This document shows, one piece after another, positions 9,459-20,109 of a DNA stretch of 64,000 nucleotides. The position numbers and the translations under genes were made by a program. The notes under the pieces are model-generated. The model was given only the letters and a program-made list of their open reading frames with translations, did no database searches and was not told the DNA's origin. Origin of the DNA: Armatimonadota bacterium. Lineage in GTDB: Bacteria > Armatimonadota > UBA5829 > DTLH01. The stretch lies in the NCBI GenBank assembly GCA_038207085.1, contig JBBRAE010000007.1, positions 1 to 64,000 of the forward strand, read 5' to 3'. Position 1 is the stretch's first letter; each line of letters begins with the position of its first letter.

Positions 9459-10079
9459 ATGAACGCCGGGGGTATCCATATAGCACCGGAAGATACGGCG
9501 GTAGTCGAGAAATCGCTGCCGACTGACAGCGAACTTGTGCAAAAGGCCAGAGACGGGGATCTGTCCGCCTACGCCGCGCTTGTGAATCGTCACACGCGCG
9601 CTGTCTATGGCATCGTCTCCCGGATGGTCGCATCCAGGGACGACGCGGACGACATCGTCCAAGACGTCTTTGTGCTTGCGTACAAGTCGCTTGGCAAGTT
9701 CCGCCGAGACGCGGCGTTCTCAACGTGGCTTCACAGCATCGCGGTGAATACGAGCATCAAACACATCAGAAAGATGAAGATAAGGCAGACGACTTCCATA
9801 GACGAATTTGAATATCTGGCCGACTCTGTGCTTATGTCACCACAGGAAGAGACGCCGCCCGCGCTCGCCGAAGACGCGGAGCGCAAGAACTCGGTGCGAA
9901 TAGCCGTCGAAAAGCTCCCGGAAAAGCACAGAATCGTCGTTTCGCTCAGATATTTTGAAGACTACTCGTGCGAGGAGATCGCGCGTATACTCCACTGTTC
10001 GGTAGGGACGGTCTGGTCGAGGCTACACTACGCCTGCAAGCAACTGCGCGGGCAGCTCGACTGGTTAGAGACGACTTAG
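9459..10079 (+). CDS. ECF RNA polymerase sigma factor (RpoE-like)
   Basis: DSELVQKARDGD, DADDIVQDVF, FSTWLHSIAVN and SCEEIARILHCSVGTVWSRL (regions 2 and 4). Confidence 0.95.
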   Translation: MNAGGIHIAPEDTAVVEKSLPTDSELVQKARDGDLSAYAALVNRHTRAVYGIVSRMVASRDDADDIVQDVFVLAYKSLGKFRRDAAFSTWLHSIAVNTSIKHIRKMKIRQTTSIDEFEYLADSVLMSPQEETPPALAEDAERKNSVRIAVEKLPEKHRIVVSLRYFEDYSCEEIARILHCSVGTVWSRLHYACKQLRGQLDWLETT

Positions 10080-10087
10080 GCAAGTAT

Positions 10088-11122
10088 ATGCTATGTTTTA
10101 GGACTCGAAAGCTCATCATACCGTTTATCGAAGGGACACTCGACCAGAGGCGCTCCGACGCCGTCGCTCGGCACATCGAAAACTGCCCGAAGTGCGCCGA
10201 GGAGGTCTCTCTCGTTCGCCTCGCAAGCAAAGCTGTGCAAGAATCACGCCAGCCTGCGATGGAACCCGCGACGAACATCTGGGCAAGGATCGAGCGCGAA
10301 ATAGCGCCTGCTCCTGCTCCTGCCGGATGGCTTCCCCGAGGCATGTATTTGGCCGGAGCCGCTGCGGCAACCGCGCTTGTGCTGTTTGTAGTGCTAACCG
10401 ACTCCGGTGTCAAGGAAGAGAGGGCTCCCCTCGCGTCAAAAACCCCGAGCAAGGTGGCCAAGCTCCCCTTCGGGACACCCGCGCCGGACTCGGCTCCCTC
10501 TTACTACTCAGCAAAACCATCTGAGACAAAGTCAGCCACCAAGCTCAGGACTCCGCACAACGCGCATCGCTTCGAGCCAAGTCCCAGCCACCGCAAGCCG
10601 TTTGAGGTCGCCAAAGTCCCTGAAGCGGTCACTCCAAGCATCCCCGAACCGGCTCCGTCGGCTCCTACCATGGGCGATATGGCCGACAAACCGACGCTGA
10701 TGGAAAGCGAAAAGGTCGCCATCGCATCAGCACCCGAGGCATACGAAGACGCAGGAGGGGCACCTCGCGCTGAAGCGTCGAACACAATGGCAAAGTCAAT
10801 GGACGCCGCCGCTCAGTCCGCTCCGCCTGCTTCGATCAGCACGGCTCGGAAGTCAAGCGCCAAGGATACAGAAGCGCCTACACCGGAACTCGCCAAGAAA
10901 TACGAGCAGCAGGGAGATTACCAGGCGGCAGCGGAGGTGCGACGCAAGCTCTCCGCCGAGTACCCCAATAACCAGCAGTATTGGGTATCACTCGGAGACG
11001 CAGAGCGCAGGGTGGAAAGAATCGACGCGGCAAAATCGGCCTACAAACGCGCCTCCGAGATCAAGGGCGACCCCGACCTCAAGGCCGTCGCGGAAGCCAG
11101 GCTAAAAGAGCTTGAAAAGTAG
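10088..11122 (+). CDS. Anti-sigma factor: zf-HC2 domain, TM helix, low-complexity linker, C-terminal TPR
   Basis: C...HIENCPKC zinc motif, hydrophobic segment, TPR-like YQAAAEVRRKL...YWVSLGDA; follows the ECF sigma gene. Confidence 0.85.
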   Translation: MLCFRTRKLIIPFIEGTLDQRRSDAVARHIENCPKCAEEVSLVRLASKAVQESRQPAMEPATNIWARIEREIAPAPAPAGWLPRGMYLAGAAAATALVLFVVLTDSGVKEERAPLASKTPSKVAKLPFGTPAPDSAPSYYSAKPSETKSATKLRTPHNAHRFEPSPSHRKPFEVAKVPEAVTPSIPEPAPSAPTMGDMADKPTLMESEKVAIASAPEAYEDAGGAPRAEASNTMAKSMDAAAQSAPPASISTARKSSAKDTEAPTPELAKKYEQQGDYQAAAEVRRKLSAEYPNNQQYWVSLGDAERRVERIDAAKSAYKRASEIKGDPDLKAVAEARLKELEK

Positions 11123-11124
11123 TC

Positions 11125-11544
11125 TTACTCGATCATCCCACGTTCTCCCAGGCGATCAAGCAGCGTTCGGGTGACATCGTAGTCGCCGATGTCGGCCAGC
11201 TTCACCCACCGGCACTCGGCGGCGTCGGTTGCCGCGACCGGCTCACCTGGAAGCGCCGTTGCGAAGTAGTCGATCAACACGTAGTGGAAGGTGATCCCCT
11301 CATTGCCCCGGACAATCAGATCACAGACGCCCGCGAGATCGCCGACCTGTATCTCAAGGCCCGTTTCTTCCCGAACTTCGCGCTTGACGCCCTCAGTGAG
11401 AGTTTCACCAAACTCGACGCTCCCACCGGGGACCGACCATTTGCCCTTGTCAGGCTCGTTGCCACGCTTGATGAGCAGAATCTCTTCACCGCGCAGGATG
11501 ATCGCCCCGATCGCCGGGACTGGGTGTTTGTATCCAATATGCAT
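11125..11544 (-). CDS. NUDIX hydrolase (ADP-ribose pyrophosphatase-like)
   Basis: Nudix box GGSVEFGETLTEGVKREVREETGL. Confidence 0.95.
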   Translation of the reverse strand: MHIGYKHPVPAIGAIILRGEEILLIKRGNEPDKGKWSVPGGSVEFGETLTEGVKREVREETGLEIQVGDLAGVCDLIVRGNEGITFHYVLIDYFATALPGEPVAATDAAECRWVKLADIGDYDVTRTLLDRLGERGMIE

Positions 11545-11615
11545 ACGGAAGTATTCACCACGACGCTGGCGTCATCCTGCACTGCGAGAAATCCTAAATA
11601 TCTGTCAAAACTCTA

Positions 11616-11645
11616 TTGACAGGTGGCGGGTCCGCCTGCTAAACT
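11616..11645 (+). promoter_or_regulatory. trp operon promoter
   Basis: TTGACA-18 bp-TAAACT with an extended TG. Confidence 0.7.
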
Positions 11646-11668
11646 TCATTTTAGGAGAATTAATAGCA

Positions 11669-11755
11669 ATGCAGGCTATCGTTTCTGGAGGCAAGATAAT
11701 GTGGTTGTGGCGAGGCTCCAACTTTGGTGGAGTTTGCCCGGCCTCTTGCGTCTAG
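11669..11755 (+). CDS. trpL: Candidate trp leader peptide MQAIVSGGKIMWLWRGSNFGGVCPASCV (alternative start 11699)
   Basis: Short ORF with Trp-Leu-Trp, preceded by AGGAG (and GGAGG for the 11699 start), between the promoter and the terminators upstream of trpE. Confidence 0.6.
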   Translation: MQAIVSGGKIMWLWRGSNFGGVCPASCV

Positions 11756-11782
11756 AATCAAGCACAGGATAATCGACAGCAT

Positions 11783-11860
11783 GCCGTGGACAGCTTCACT
11801 AGGTCCGCGGTGTTTTTGTTTTTATAGCAGCCGCGGGTATTTACGCCCCGGCTGTTTTTT
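11783..11860 (+). terminator. Two tandem intrinsic terminators in the trp leader
   Basis: GCCGTGGAC..GTCCGCGGT followed by a T-tract, and GCAGCCGCGGG..CCCCGGCTGT followed by a T-tract. Confidence 0.7.
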
Positions 11861-11914
11861 GCATTTGGGGTATAGACTTACAGCACAGCTCACTTAACGA
11901 TCTGGGAGAGACAA

Positions 11915-13402
11915 GTGTATTATCCGGACAAACCTGAGTTTATAAAGCGCGCGAAATCCGGCAGCCTTGTGTCGGTCTATCGCGAGATACTTGCCGATAT
12001 GGAGACCCCCGTTTCCGCGTTCAAGAAGATCGCGGGCAACGCCTACTCGTTCCTGCTCGAAAGCGTGGAAGGCGGCGAACGAGTGGCGCGCTATTCGTTC
12101 CTTGGAAGCGCCCCCTACTCCATTATGAAAAGCAAGGGCCGCGTGGTCGAGATCGAGAAAGACGGTCAGATCACCGAGCGATTCGAGCTCGGGCAGGACG
12201 AAGACCCGCTTTCGGTGCTAAAGCGCGAGATGAACCGCTTTAGGTGGGTGCCGGACCCGGACCTGCCCAAGTTCTGCGGTGGCGCGGTAGGGTTCTTCGG
12301 CTATGATATTATCCGGTTCTTCGAGGACCTGCCGGACACGACGACCGATGACCTCGACCTGCCGGACTGCCTGCTCGCGTTCACCGACACCCTGCTAATA
12401 TTTGACCACGTCCGGCACAAGATCAAGGTGCTCGCAAACGCCCGGGTCGGCGACAATATCGAAGCCGCATACGATGAGGCTATAGAGAAGATCGACTTCT
12501 TAATCGCCAAACTAAGAGCTCCAGTCGCTCACACAGTCGAGCCCGCGAAGCGCGAAGAGCCCCGGCCCGTCACGTCTAACTTCAACTCGCAGGAGGAGTT
12601 CGAGGCCGCCGTTGCAAACTGCAAGGAGTATATCGCGGCGGGCGACGTGATCCAGGTAGTACTATCCCAGCGCTTCTCGACCCCGATCACAGCCGACCCG
12701 TTCGATGTCTACCGGGCGCTTAGAAGCGTGAACCCGTCGCCGTATATGTATTATCTGAGCTTCGACGACATCAAGTTGATCGGTTCATCACCTGAGATTC
12801 TGGTCACCGAAGAGCGCGGCAAGGTATCGACCAGGCCGATCGCAGGCACTCGACCCCGAGGCCGAAGCGACGAAGAAGATCGAAGGCTCGAAGAAGAGCT
12901 ATTGGCCGACGAGAAAGAGCGTGCTGAGCACATCATGCTCGTAGACCTCGGACGAAACGACATAGGGCGCGTCTGCCGCTACGGCAGCGTAAGCGTCGAC
13001 CAGTTGATGAACGTAGAGCGCTATTCGCACGTAATGCATATAGTATCAAACGTCGTTGGGCGGCTTCAGCCGGATAAAGACCAGTATGACCTGCTTCGCG
13101 CGACATTCCCGGCAGGCACAGTTTCAGGCGCGCCGAAGATCAGGGCGATGCAGATCATCGACGAGCTTGAGCCTACCCGCCGAGCCACCTACGCAGGCGC
13201 GATCGGCTACTTCAGCTATTCAGGCGACATGGACACCTGTATAACTATCAGAACAATTCTTATAAAAGACTCTACAGCTTACGTGCAGGCAGGAGCGGGG
13301 ATCGTCGCCGATTCTGTCCCCGAGCGCGAGTATCAGGAGACCGTGAACAAGTCCGCCGCGATGATTCGGGCTATAGAGATGGCCGAATCGGGCCTTGAGT
13401 GA
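11915..13402 (+). CDS. trpE: Anthranilate synthase component I
   Basis: [45 protein letters not shown] and [11 protein letters not shown]. Confidence 0.97.
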   Translation: MYYPDKPEFIKRAKSGSLVSVYREILADMETPVSAFKKIAGNAYSFLLESVEGGERVARYSFLGSAPYSIMKSKGRVVEIEKDGQITERFELGQDEDPLSVLKREMNRFRWVPDPDLPKFCGGAVGFFGYDIIRFFEDLPDTTTDDLDLPDCLLAFTDTLLIFDHVRHKIKVLANARVGDNIEAAYDEAIEKIDFLIAKLRAPVAHTVEPAKREEPRPVTSNFNSQEEFEAAVANCKEYIAAGDVIQVVLSQRFSTPITADPFDVYRALRSVNPSPYMYYLSFDDIKLIGSSPEILVTEERGKVSTRPIAGTRPRGRSDEEDRRLEEELLADEKERAEHIMLVDLGRNDIGRVCRYGSVSVDQLMNVERYSHVMHIVSNVVGRLQPDKDQYDLLRATFPAGTVSGAPKIRAMQIIDELEPTRRATYAGAIGYFSYSGDMDTCITIRTILIKDSTAYVQAGAGIVADSVPEREYQETVNKSAAMIRAIEMAESGLE

Positions 13403-13412
13403 GGATACCGAT

Positions 13413-13973
13413 ATGATTTTGATGATAGACAACTACGACAGCTTCACATACAACCTCGTTCAGTATCTGGGGGAGATGGGCCAGGAGCTCAAGGTCTACC
13501 GAAACGACAAGATCACCGTCCCTGAGATCGAAGCGATGTCGCCGGACCGAATAATCATCTCGCCTGGGCCATGCACACCGAAAGAAGCGGGCGTCTCGGT
13601 GGATGTGATCAAGCATTTCGCCGGAAAAGTCCCGATACTCGGCGTATGCCTTGGGCATCAGAGCATAGGCTACGCGTTCGGCGGCGAGGTGGTGCGCGCT
13701 GACCGCCTGATGCACGGCAAGACCTCGCTCATACATCACAACGGCGAGGGCGTCTTCAAAGGCCTCCCGAACCCGTTTCAGGCGACGCGATATCATTCCC
13801 TCGTCATTCGACGCGAGACGATGCCCGACTGCCTGCAGATCACCGCTGAGACCGACCAGCGCGAAGTGATGGGAGTGCGCCACAAGGACCTCCCCATTGA
13901 AGGCGTGCAGTTCCACCCCGAGTCGATATTGACCGAGGGCGGGAAAGTGCTGCTTGCGAACTTTGTCAAATAA
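13413..13973 (+). CDS. trpG: Anthranilate synthase component II (glutamine amidotransferase)
   Basis: [24 protein letters not shown] and QFHPES. Confidence 0.96.
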   Translation: MILMIDNYDSFTYNLVQYLGEMGQELKVYRNDKITVPEIEAMSPDRIIISPGPCTPKEAGVSVDVIKHFAGKVPILGVCLGHQSIGYAFGGEVVRADRLMHGKTSLIHHNGEGVFKGLPNPFQATRYHSLVIRRETMPDCLQITAETDQREVMGVRHKDLPIEGVQFHPESILTEGGKVLLANFVK

Positions 13974-14112
13974 GTAGGTTCGTCCGGGGAATCTGTCCCC
14001 CTGCTCGCTTATAGGGCATAGTCGACCATTGGGTTGGCGGATGGAATCTGCGGAACGGGGTCGGGGGACGGATTCCCCCGACCAACGAACGACGACCAAC
14101 GAGACCAACTAC
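13974..14112. repeat. Long inverted repeat (REPIN-like) between trpG and trpD
   Basis: GTAGGTTCGTCCGGGGAATCTGTCCCC ... GGGGACGGATTCCCCCGACCAAC...CTAC. Confidence 0.6.
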
Positions 14113-14131
14113 ATTGGGTAATCGTGGAGAC

Positions 14132-15157
14132 ATGATGATTCGAGACGCTATCAGAAAAGTTGTTGAAGGCGAACACCTGACCGAGGCCGAAGCGGTCGCG
14201 GCGATGACGGAGATAATGGACGGCGAAGCGACGCCTGCCCAAATATCCTGCCTCATCACCGCGCTTCGGATGAAGGGTGAGACAGTCGATGAAATCACGG
14301 GATTTGTCCGGGTTATGCGCGACAAATCGATCAAGGTCCCAACTTCTCGCACGCAGCTCGTCGATACCTGTGGGACTGGCGGCGACAAGCTGAACACGTT
14401 CAATATATCGACTACAGCGGCGTTTGTGGTCGCCGGCGCCGGTGTCGCTGTCGCAAAGCACGGCAACCGTGCCGCTTCGAGCAAATGCGGCAGTGCTGAC
14501 GTGCTTGAGGCGCTTGGTGTGAAGCTCGCGCTATCGGCTGAGGACGTCGGGCGCTGCATCGACGAGTGCGGCGTCGGGTTTATGTTCGCCCCGTCGCTTC
14601 ACCCGGCAATGAAGCACGCCGTCGGGCCGCGCAAAGAGATCGGAATACGAACGGTATTCAACATACTCGGGCCGATGACCAACCCAGCCGGCGCGAAGTT
14701 CCAGGTCATCGGCGTGTTTGCCCCGGGGATGTGCGAACTGATGGCCGGGACGCTTGCGAAACTCGGAAGCGAGCGCGCGATGGTCGTCCACGGGATGGAC
14801 GGGCTCGATGAGATTTCAACGCTCGGTGAGACATTCGTCGCCGAGGTAAACGCGGGCGTGATGGCGTCCAGAACAATCGCGCCGTGCGACTTCGGATGTT
14901 CGACCGTCACCGCAGAGGCGCTTGCCGGGGGAGACTCACCCGAAGAAAATGCACAGGCGCTGATCTCTATACTATCTGGCGAAACAGGCCCACGGCGCGA
15001 CATCGTGCTTGCAAACGCGGCGGCGGCGCTCGTCGTAACGGGTGTGGCGGGTGATCTCTCGACAGGAATTGAAACGGCGGCTGAGTCGATCGACTCTGGG
15101 GCTGCAATGAAGGCCCTGAACGCTCTGAAATCGTTCACGGAAAGGTGCGGGCAGTGA
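14132..15157 (+). CDS. trpD: Anthranilate phosphoribosyltransferase
   Basis: DTCGTGGD..TFNIST, KHGNRAASSKCGSADVLE and GLDEIS. Confidence 0.97.
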   Translation: MMIRDAIRKVVEGEHLTEAEAVAAMTEIMDGEATPAQISCLITALRMKGETVDEITGFVRVMRDKSIKVPTSRTQLVDTCGTGGDKLNTFNISTTAAFVVAGAGVAVAKHGNRAASSKCGSADVLEALGVKLALSAEDVGRCIDECGVGFMFAPSLHPAMKHAVGPRKEIGIRTVFNILGPMTNPAGAKFQVIGVFAPGMCELMAGTLAKLGSERAMVVHGMDGLDEISTLGETFVAEVNAGVMASRTIAPCDFGCSTVTAEALAGGDSPEENAQALISILSGETGPRRDIVLANAAAALVVTGVAGDLSTGIETAAESIDSGAAMKALNALKSFTERCGQ

Positions 15158-15921
15158 TTCTCGACAAGATTGTGGCGCATAAGCGCATAGAAGTGGAAGA
15201 ACGAAAGGCGCGTTTGCGCGGGTTCGGAGAGCTTCCGACAGACACCCGCGACTTTGCCTCGGCCATTCGCAGGCCAGACGGCGCAATGCCTCGGGTCATA
15301 TCTGAAGTGAAAAAGGCTTCGCCCTCCAAAGGCGTGATTCGAGCCGATTTTGAACCGATATCGATCGCCACCCGTTACGAGCAGTGCGGCGCATCGGCGC
15401 TTTCAGTGCTGACTGATGAAGAGTTCTTTCAGGGAAAGCTCGAATATCTGACACAATGCAGAAACTCGACCAGCCTTCCGGCGCTTCGCAAGGACTTCGT
15501 GATTGACGAGTTTCAGATCACGGAAGCCCGGGCGGCGGGGTCAGACGCAGTGCTCTTGATCGCGGCGCTTCTGGACACCGAAACGCTCAAGAAGTTTCGG
15601 GAGTATGCCGCATTACTTGGCATGGCGTCGCTTGTCGAGGTCCACGACGAGTCGGAGCTTGAATCGGCGCTTACCTCGGGTGCGGAGATCGTCGGGATCA
15701 ACAACCGCAACCTGCAGACGTTCGAAGTCTCGCTAGAGACGACGTTTCGGCTGCTTTCGCGAATCCCACAGAGCAAGATAGTCGTTAGCGAGAGCGGAAT
15801 TTCTACATGTGAAGATATGAAAAGGCTTGCAGACGCCGGAGTCGATGCGGCACTCGTCGGTGAGTCACTGATGCGCCGCCAGGACCCGGGAGAGAAGCTA
15901 TTGGAGTTGATCGGACGATGA
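15154..15921 (+). CDS. trpC: Indole-3-glycerol phosphate synthase
   Basis: ISEVKKASPSKG, LSVLTD, LRKDF, GINNRNL and SESGI. Confidence 0.97.
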   Translation: MILDKIVAHKRIEVEERKARLRGFGELPTDTRDFASAIRRPDGAMPRVISEVKKASPSKGVIRADFEPISIATRYEQCGASALSVLTDEEFFQGKLEYLTQCRNSTSLPALRKDFVIDEFQITEARAAGSDAVLLIAALLDTETLKKFREYAALLGMASLVEVHDESELESALTSGAEIVGINNRNLQTFEVSLETTFRLLSRIPQSKIVVSESGISTCEDMKRLADAGVDAALVGESLMRRQDPGEKLLELIGR

Positions 15922-16547
15922 CAAGAATCAAGATTTGCGGTATAACCAACGCCGAGGACGCACTCGCCGCATGCGAGTTCGGGGCCGACGCAATCGGCTT
16001 CGTGTTCGCCGAAAGCCCACGGCAGGTGTCGCTCGAAGAGGCGGCGGACATAGCCGACCAACTACCGCCGTTTGTGAAAACAGTGGGCGTGTTTACTAGC
16101 GAGAACCCCAGGGTATCGGCGATCGCGGACTGGGTGCCGCTCGATCTGATCCAGCTCCACGGCGACCAGACCGAACAGTTCGCTGACTGGCTAGGGCAGG
16201 ACAGAGTGCTCCGAGCTGTCTGCATCAAGAACGAAGAGTCGCTCGCATGGCTCAAAAAGTGGGAACTGGGCACGGCGTACGTGCTCGACACCTGGGCTAA
16301 GGACCAGAAAGGCGGCACGGGCCAGACCTTTGACTGGGAACTCGCGCTTCGGGCAAAGGAGTTCGGCAAGCCGATCATCCTCGCGGGTGGGCTTACGCCC
16401 GAGAATGTCGCAGAAGCGGTGCGAATCGTCAAGCCTTACGCCGTTGATGTATCCTCGGGAATCGAGTCGTTCCGGGGCAAAAAAGATCACGCAAAGATGG
16501 AGGAGTTTATCCGAAATGTTAGAGCAGCAGATGAGTCTCCCCGATAG
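15918..16547 (+). CDS. trpF: Phosphoribosylanthranilate isomerase
   Basis: [24 protein letters not shown] and VDVSSGIE. Confidence 0.97.
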   Translation: MTRIKICGITNAEDALAACEFGADAIGFVFAESPRQVSLEEAADIADQLPPFVKTVGVFTSENPRVSAIADWVPLDLIQLHGDQTEQFADWLGQDRVLRAVCIKNEESLAWLKKWELGTAYVLDTWAKDQKGGTGQTFDWELALRAKEFGKPIILAGGLTPENVAEAVRIVKPYAVDVSSGIESFRGKKDHAKMEEFIRNVRAADESPR

Positions 16548-17718
16548 CCGAGGCCATTTCGGTCAGTTCGGCGGAAGATACGTCCCTGAGACGCTGATAC
16601 CGGCGCTCGATGAGCTCGCAGCCGAGTATGAGCGCGCCAAAGCCGACCCCGAGTTCACTCGCGAGCTCGAATACTATATGCGCGAGTACGTCGGACGAGC
16701 GACGCCACTCTACTTCGCCGAGAGGCTGACAGAAAAGCTCGGAGGGGCGAAGATATACCTCAAGCGAGAAGACCTCTGCCACACCGGCGCGCACAAGCTG
16801 AACAACGTCATGGGGCAGATTCTCCTCGCGAAACGTATGGGGAAACCCCGAATCATCGCTGAGACCGGCGCGGGCCAGCACGGGGTCGCGACCGCTACGG
16901 CGTGCGCGCTCTTCGGCTTCAAGTGCGAGGTCTATATGGGCGAGGAGGATATCGAACGCCAGGCCCTGAACGTCTTTCGGATGAGGCTCCTTGGCGCAAA
17001 GGTGATCCCCGTAAGCTCGGGAAGCAAGACCCTGAAAGACGCGACGAGCGAAGCGATCCGCGACTGGGTGACAAACGTGCAGGACACGCACTACATCATC
17101 GGCTCAGTCGTCGGCCCTCACCCCTACCCCATGCTCGTGCGCGATTTTCAGAGCTGCATCGGCATCGAGGCGCGAGAGCAGATCGTTCAGAAAGAAGGCC
17201 GATTGCCCGATTACATCGTCGCGTGCGTCGGCGGCGGCTCAAACGCGATGGGGATCTTCTACCCCTTCGCCAAAGACACTGATGTAAAGCTGATCGGTGT
17301 CGAGGCCGCTGGGCACGGTGTTGAAACCGGCGTCCACTGCGCGACGCTTGGCGCAGGCTCTCCCGGTGTGCTGCACGGGGCGATGAGCTACCTTCTGCAG
17401 GACGACTTCGGTCAGGTGATGCTGACCCACTCGATCTCAGCCGGGCTTGATTACCCCGGAGTCGGCCCCGAGCACGCATATTTCAAAGAGACCAACCGCG
17501 CCAATTACGTTTCAGTCACCGACGACGAGGCACTTGACGCCTTTGAGTTGCTTTCTCAGACCGAAGGGATCATTCCCGCGCTTGAGTCTTCGCACGCAGT
17601 CGCATACGTCAAGAAGTTTGCTCCTACGTTGGGTAAGAATGAGGTGGTAATCGTCAACCTGTCCGGCAGAGGCGACAAGGACGTCGATTCCGTCTCCAAG
17701 TATATGGAGGTGCGGTAA
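16516..17718 (+). CDS. trpB: Tryptophan synthase beta chain (start 16516 or 16531)
   Basis: [34 protein letters not shown] and [11 protein letters not shown]. Confidence 0.98.
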   Translation: MLEQQMSLPDSRGHFGQFGGRYVPETLIPALDELAAEYERAKADPEFTRELEYYMREYVGRATPLYFAERLTEKLGGAKIYLKREDLCHTGAHKLNNVMGQILLAKRMGKPRIIAETGAGQHGVATATACALFGFKCEVYMGEEDIERQALNVFRMRLLGAKVIPVSSGSKTLKDATSEAIRDWVTNVQDTHYIIGSVVGPHPYPMLVRDFQSCIGIEAREQIVQKEGRLPDYIVACVGGGSNAMGIFYPFAKDTDVKLIGVEAAGHGVETGVHCATLGAGSPGVLHGAMSYLLQDDFGQVMLTHSISAGLDYPGVGPEHAYFKETNRANYVSVTDDEALDAFELLSQTEGIIPALESSHAVAYVKKFAPTLGKNEVVIVNLSGRGDKDVDSVSKYMEVR

Positions 17719-18509
17719 TGAGCCGGATAGACACACGATTTGCCGAGCTTGCGGCCAAGGGCGAGAAGGCGCTGGTCTGCTTCCTCACCGGAGGCGACCC
17801 GGACCTTGCGACGAGCGAGTCATTGATACTCGAACTCGCCGACGCCGGAGCCGACATCATTGAAATAGGAATACCGTTCTCGGACCCTCTCGCCGATGGG
17901 CCAAGCATCCAGCTTGCGACGTTGCGTTCACTTGAGGCAGGGACGACACCACCAAGCGTTCTTGATCTCGTAAAGCGAGTTCGGAAAAAGTCAGAGGCGC
18001 CGATCGTATTGATGACCTACTTCAACCCGGTGCAAAAGATGGGCCTCGAACGCTTCGCAAGCGAAGCCGCATTAGCCGGGGCCGACGGGGTCATTATGAC
18101 CGATCTGCCGCCCGAGGAAGCTTTGGACTGGAAGCGGGCCGCCGACAGCGTCGGCCTTTCGACAGTCTTTCTGCTTGCCCCGACGAGCACCGATGAGAGA
18201 ATCGCAATCGCTGCCGAAATGGCGAGCGGGTTCATCTACTGCGTGTCCCGCACCGGCGTCACGGGCGCAAGAAGTGAGCTTTCAAGCGAGATCGCTGGGT
18301 TCATTGAGAGGATTCGGCGTGTTACGGACAAGCCTGTCGCCGTCGGCTTTGGAGTCTCCACGCCCGAGCACGTGCGAGAGATTTCGGGGTTCGCTGACGG
18401 TGCCGTCGTCGGGAGCGCGCTTGTCGATTTGATTGCGTCAAACAAGGACGGGCAACTCCTTGCCAAAGTTCGTGAGTATACAGGGTCGCTTAAGAATGCG
18501 ACGAAGTGA
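17718..18509 (+). CDS. trpA: Tryptophan synthase alpha chain
   Basis: IEIGIPFSDPLADGP, SRTGVTG and VGFG. Confidence 0.98.
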   Translation: MSRIDTRFAELAAKGEKALVCFLTGGDPDLATSESLILELADAGADIIEIGIPFSDPLADGPSIQLATLRSLEAGTTPPSVLDLVKRVRKKSEAPIVLMTYFNPVQKMGLERFASEAALAGADGVIMTDLPPEEALDWKRAADSVGLSTVFLLAPTSTDERIAIAAEMASGFIYCVSRTGVTGARSELSSEIAGFIERIRRVTDKPVAVGFGVSTPEHVREISGFADGAVVGSALVDLIASNKDGQLLAKVREYTGSLKNATK

Positions 18510-18566
18510 GACCGCTCGGGGGGCATCTCCCGACGATCGTGTGATCGACTTGCCGGAGGTTTAATA

Positions 18567-19292
18567 GTGTTTTCAAAAGAGCAATTCGCCAAAATGATGG
18601 ATTACACCCTGCTCAAGCCTACGGCTACCAGGGACGATGTCCTACGCTTCTGTAATGAGGCGAAAGAGCATCACTTCGCAACAGTCGTCGTGTTCCCGTT
18701 TTGGGTGCCGGTGGTCGCGCGGGAACTCGCCGGGACGGACGTGAAAGCTGCAACAGTCGTCGGGTTCCCATTCGGCACGAACGGTCGAGCTGTTAAGCTC
18801 TATGAGGCGCGTGCTGCCGTCTCGAACGGCGCGCAGGAGATCGATGTTGTGATCAACATCTCTGCGCTGAAATCAGGCGAGATCAGCATCGTCGAGCGCG
18901 AGATCAGCGAACTGACCGACACCGCCCGGGCCCTTGCGATGACCGAGGATGCCAAGCGCACGATTATCAAGTTCATAATCGAGGCCTACTACCTGACCGA
19001 CGACGAAAAACGCATTGCCTGCAGGATAATCGCCGACGCCGGAGCGGACTTCATCAAGACCTCCACGGGCACAGCCCCCGGAGGCGCGACTATAGAAGAT
19101 ATCCGCATAATCCGTGACGTAGTTGGACCGAGCATGGGCGTGAAGGCTGCAGGTGGCATCAGAACCCCCGTGCAGGCGATTTCGATGCTCGACGCTGGCG
19201 CAAACCGCATCGGCACCAGCAGTGCGGTTGAAATCGTCGAAGCCTACGTCCCGGAGAACTTCATGCAGGCTACAGAACGACGGCGGAGGTAG
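18567..19292 (+). CDS. deoC: Deoxyribose-phosphate aldolase
   Basis: DYTLLKP, VVGFPFG, IKTSTG, VKAAGGI and RIGTS. Confidence 0.95.
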   Translation: MFSKEQFAKMMDYTLLKPTATRDDVLRFCNEAKEHHFATVVVFPFWVPVVARELAGTDVKAATVVGFPFGTNGRAVKLYEARAAVSNGAQEIDVVINISALKSGEISIVEREISELTDTARALAMTEDAKRTIIKFIIEAYYLTDDEKRIACRIIADAGADFIKTSTGTAPGGATIEDIRIIRDVVGPSMGVKAAGGIRTPVQAISMLDAGANRIGTSSAVEIVEAYVPENFMQATERRRR

Positions 19293-19295
19293 AGT

Positions 19296-20072
19296 TTGGA
19301 GTCGTCGAGAACCTATAGAACGAACGCTATTGTGCTTCGCCGAATCAACGTCGGTGAGACAGATCGTATCGTCACGCTATATTCCCGTGAGAAGGGCAAG
19401 CTTTCTGCCGTCGCCAAGGGAGCACGCAGGCCGCTCAGCAAGCTGGCAGCGGCGACCGAACCACTTACCTACGGTAAGTATTTCGCAGCAGCAGGCCGCG
19501 AGCTTGATGTCATCACCCAAGCCGAGAGCCAGGCGTCGTTCCCCAGCATTCGGCGCGACCTCGACCGCATCGGCCACGCAACTTACCTCGTTGAGCTCGT
19601 AAACGCAATGGTCGAGGAACGCGACCCAAACTATGAGCTCTTCGACACCCTGCTTTCGGCGCTCTATCTGACTGACGGAGGCGCTGACCCCGAGATCGTC
19701 GCGAGATACTTCGATCTTCAGATGATGTCGATGACTGGCTACCGACCGGAGCTCGACGTATGCGTTCGCTGTGGGTCGTCCCCCAAGCAAAACGGTATCA
19801 CATTCAGTCCATCACTTGGAGGCCGCGTGTGCGACACCTGCGCCCCTCTTCCGGACGATGTGCTCTACCTCTCAAGTGAGTCTGTTGCGGCGATGAAGAA
19901 GCTCATTGCAGCCGAAGCGAGAGAGGTCGCAGCGACAACACTTCCACAGCCGGTCAAAGACGAGATATTCAACGCTATAAGGTGGTACGTGCGTTACAGG
20001 CTGGATCGCGACCTTAAGAGCTCAGAGTTTATCCAATCAATTGCGACCGAACGCCCGTCAGGCAAAGATTAG
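19296..20072 (+). CDS. recO: DNA repair protein RecO
   Basis: AIVLRR..GETDRIVTLYSREKGK..AKGAR; CxxC...CxxC zinc finger. Confidence 0.95.
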   Translation: MESSRTYRTNAIVLRRINVGETDRIVTLYSREKGKLSAVAKGARRPLSKLAAATEPLTYGKYFAAAGRELDVITQAESQASFPSIRRDLDRIGHATYLVELVNAMVEERDPNYELFDTLLSALYLTDGGADPEIVARYFDLQMMSMTGYRPELDVCVRCGSSPKQNGITFSPSLGGRVCDTCAPLPDDVLYLSSESVAAMKKLIAAEAREVAATTLPQPVKDEIFNAIRWYVRYRLDRDLKSSEFIQSIATERPSGKD

Positions 20073-20075
20073 CGA

Positions 20076-20100
20076 CTGGGGCTGACGAGACCAGCCCCGA
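20076..20100. terminator. Hairpin between convergent recO and the glycosidase gene
   Basis: GGGGCTG-ACGAGAC-CAGCCCC. Confidence 0.5.
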
Positions 20101-20109
20101 CAGTTTGAG

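Noticed and set aside
11700..11860. T-box or TRAP site in the trp leader
   Set aside because: No T-box GGTGGNACCGCG consensus and no regularly spaced (G/U)AG array.
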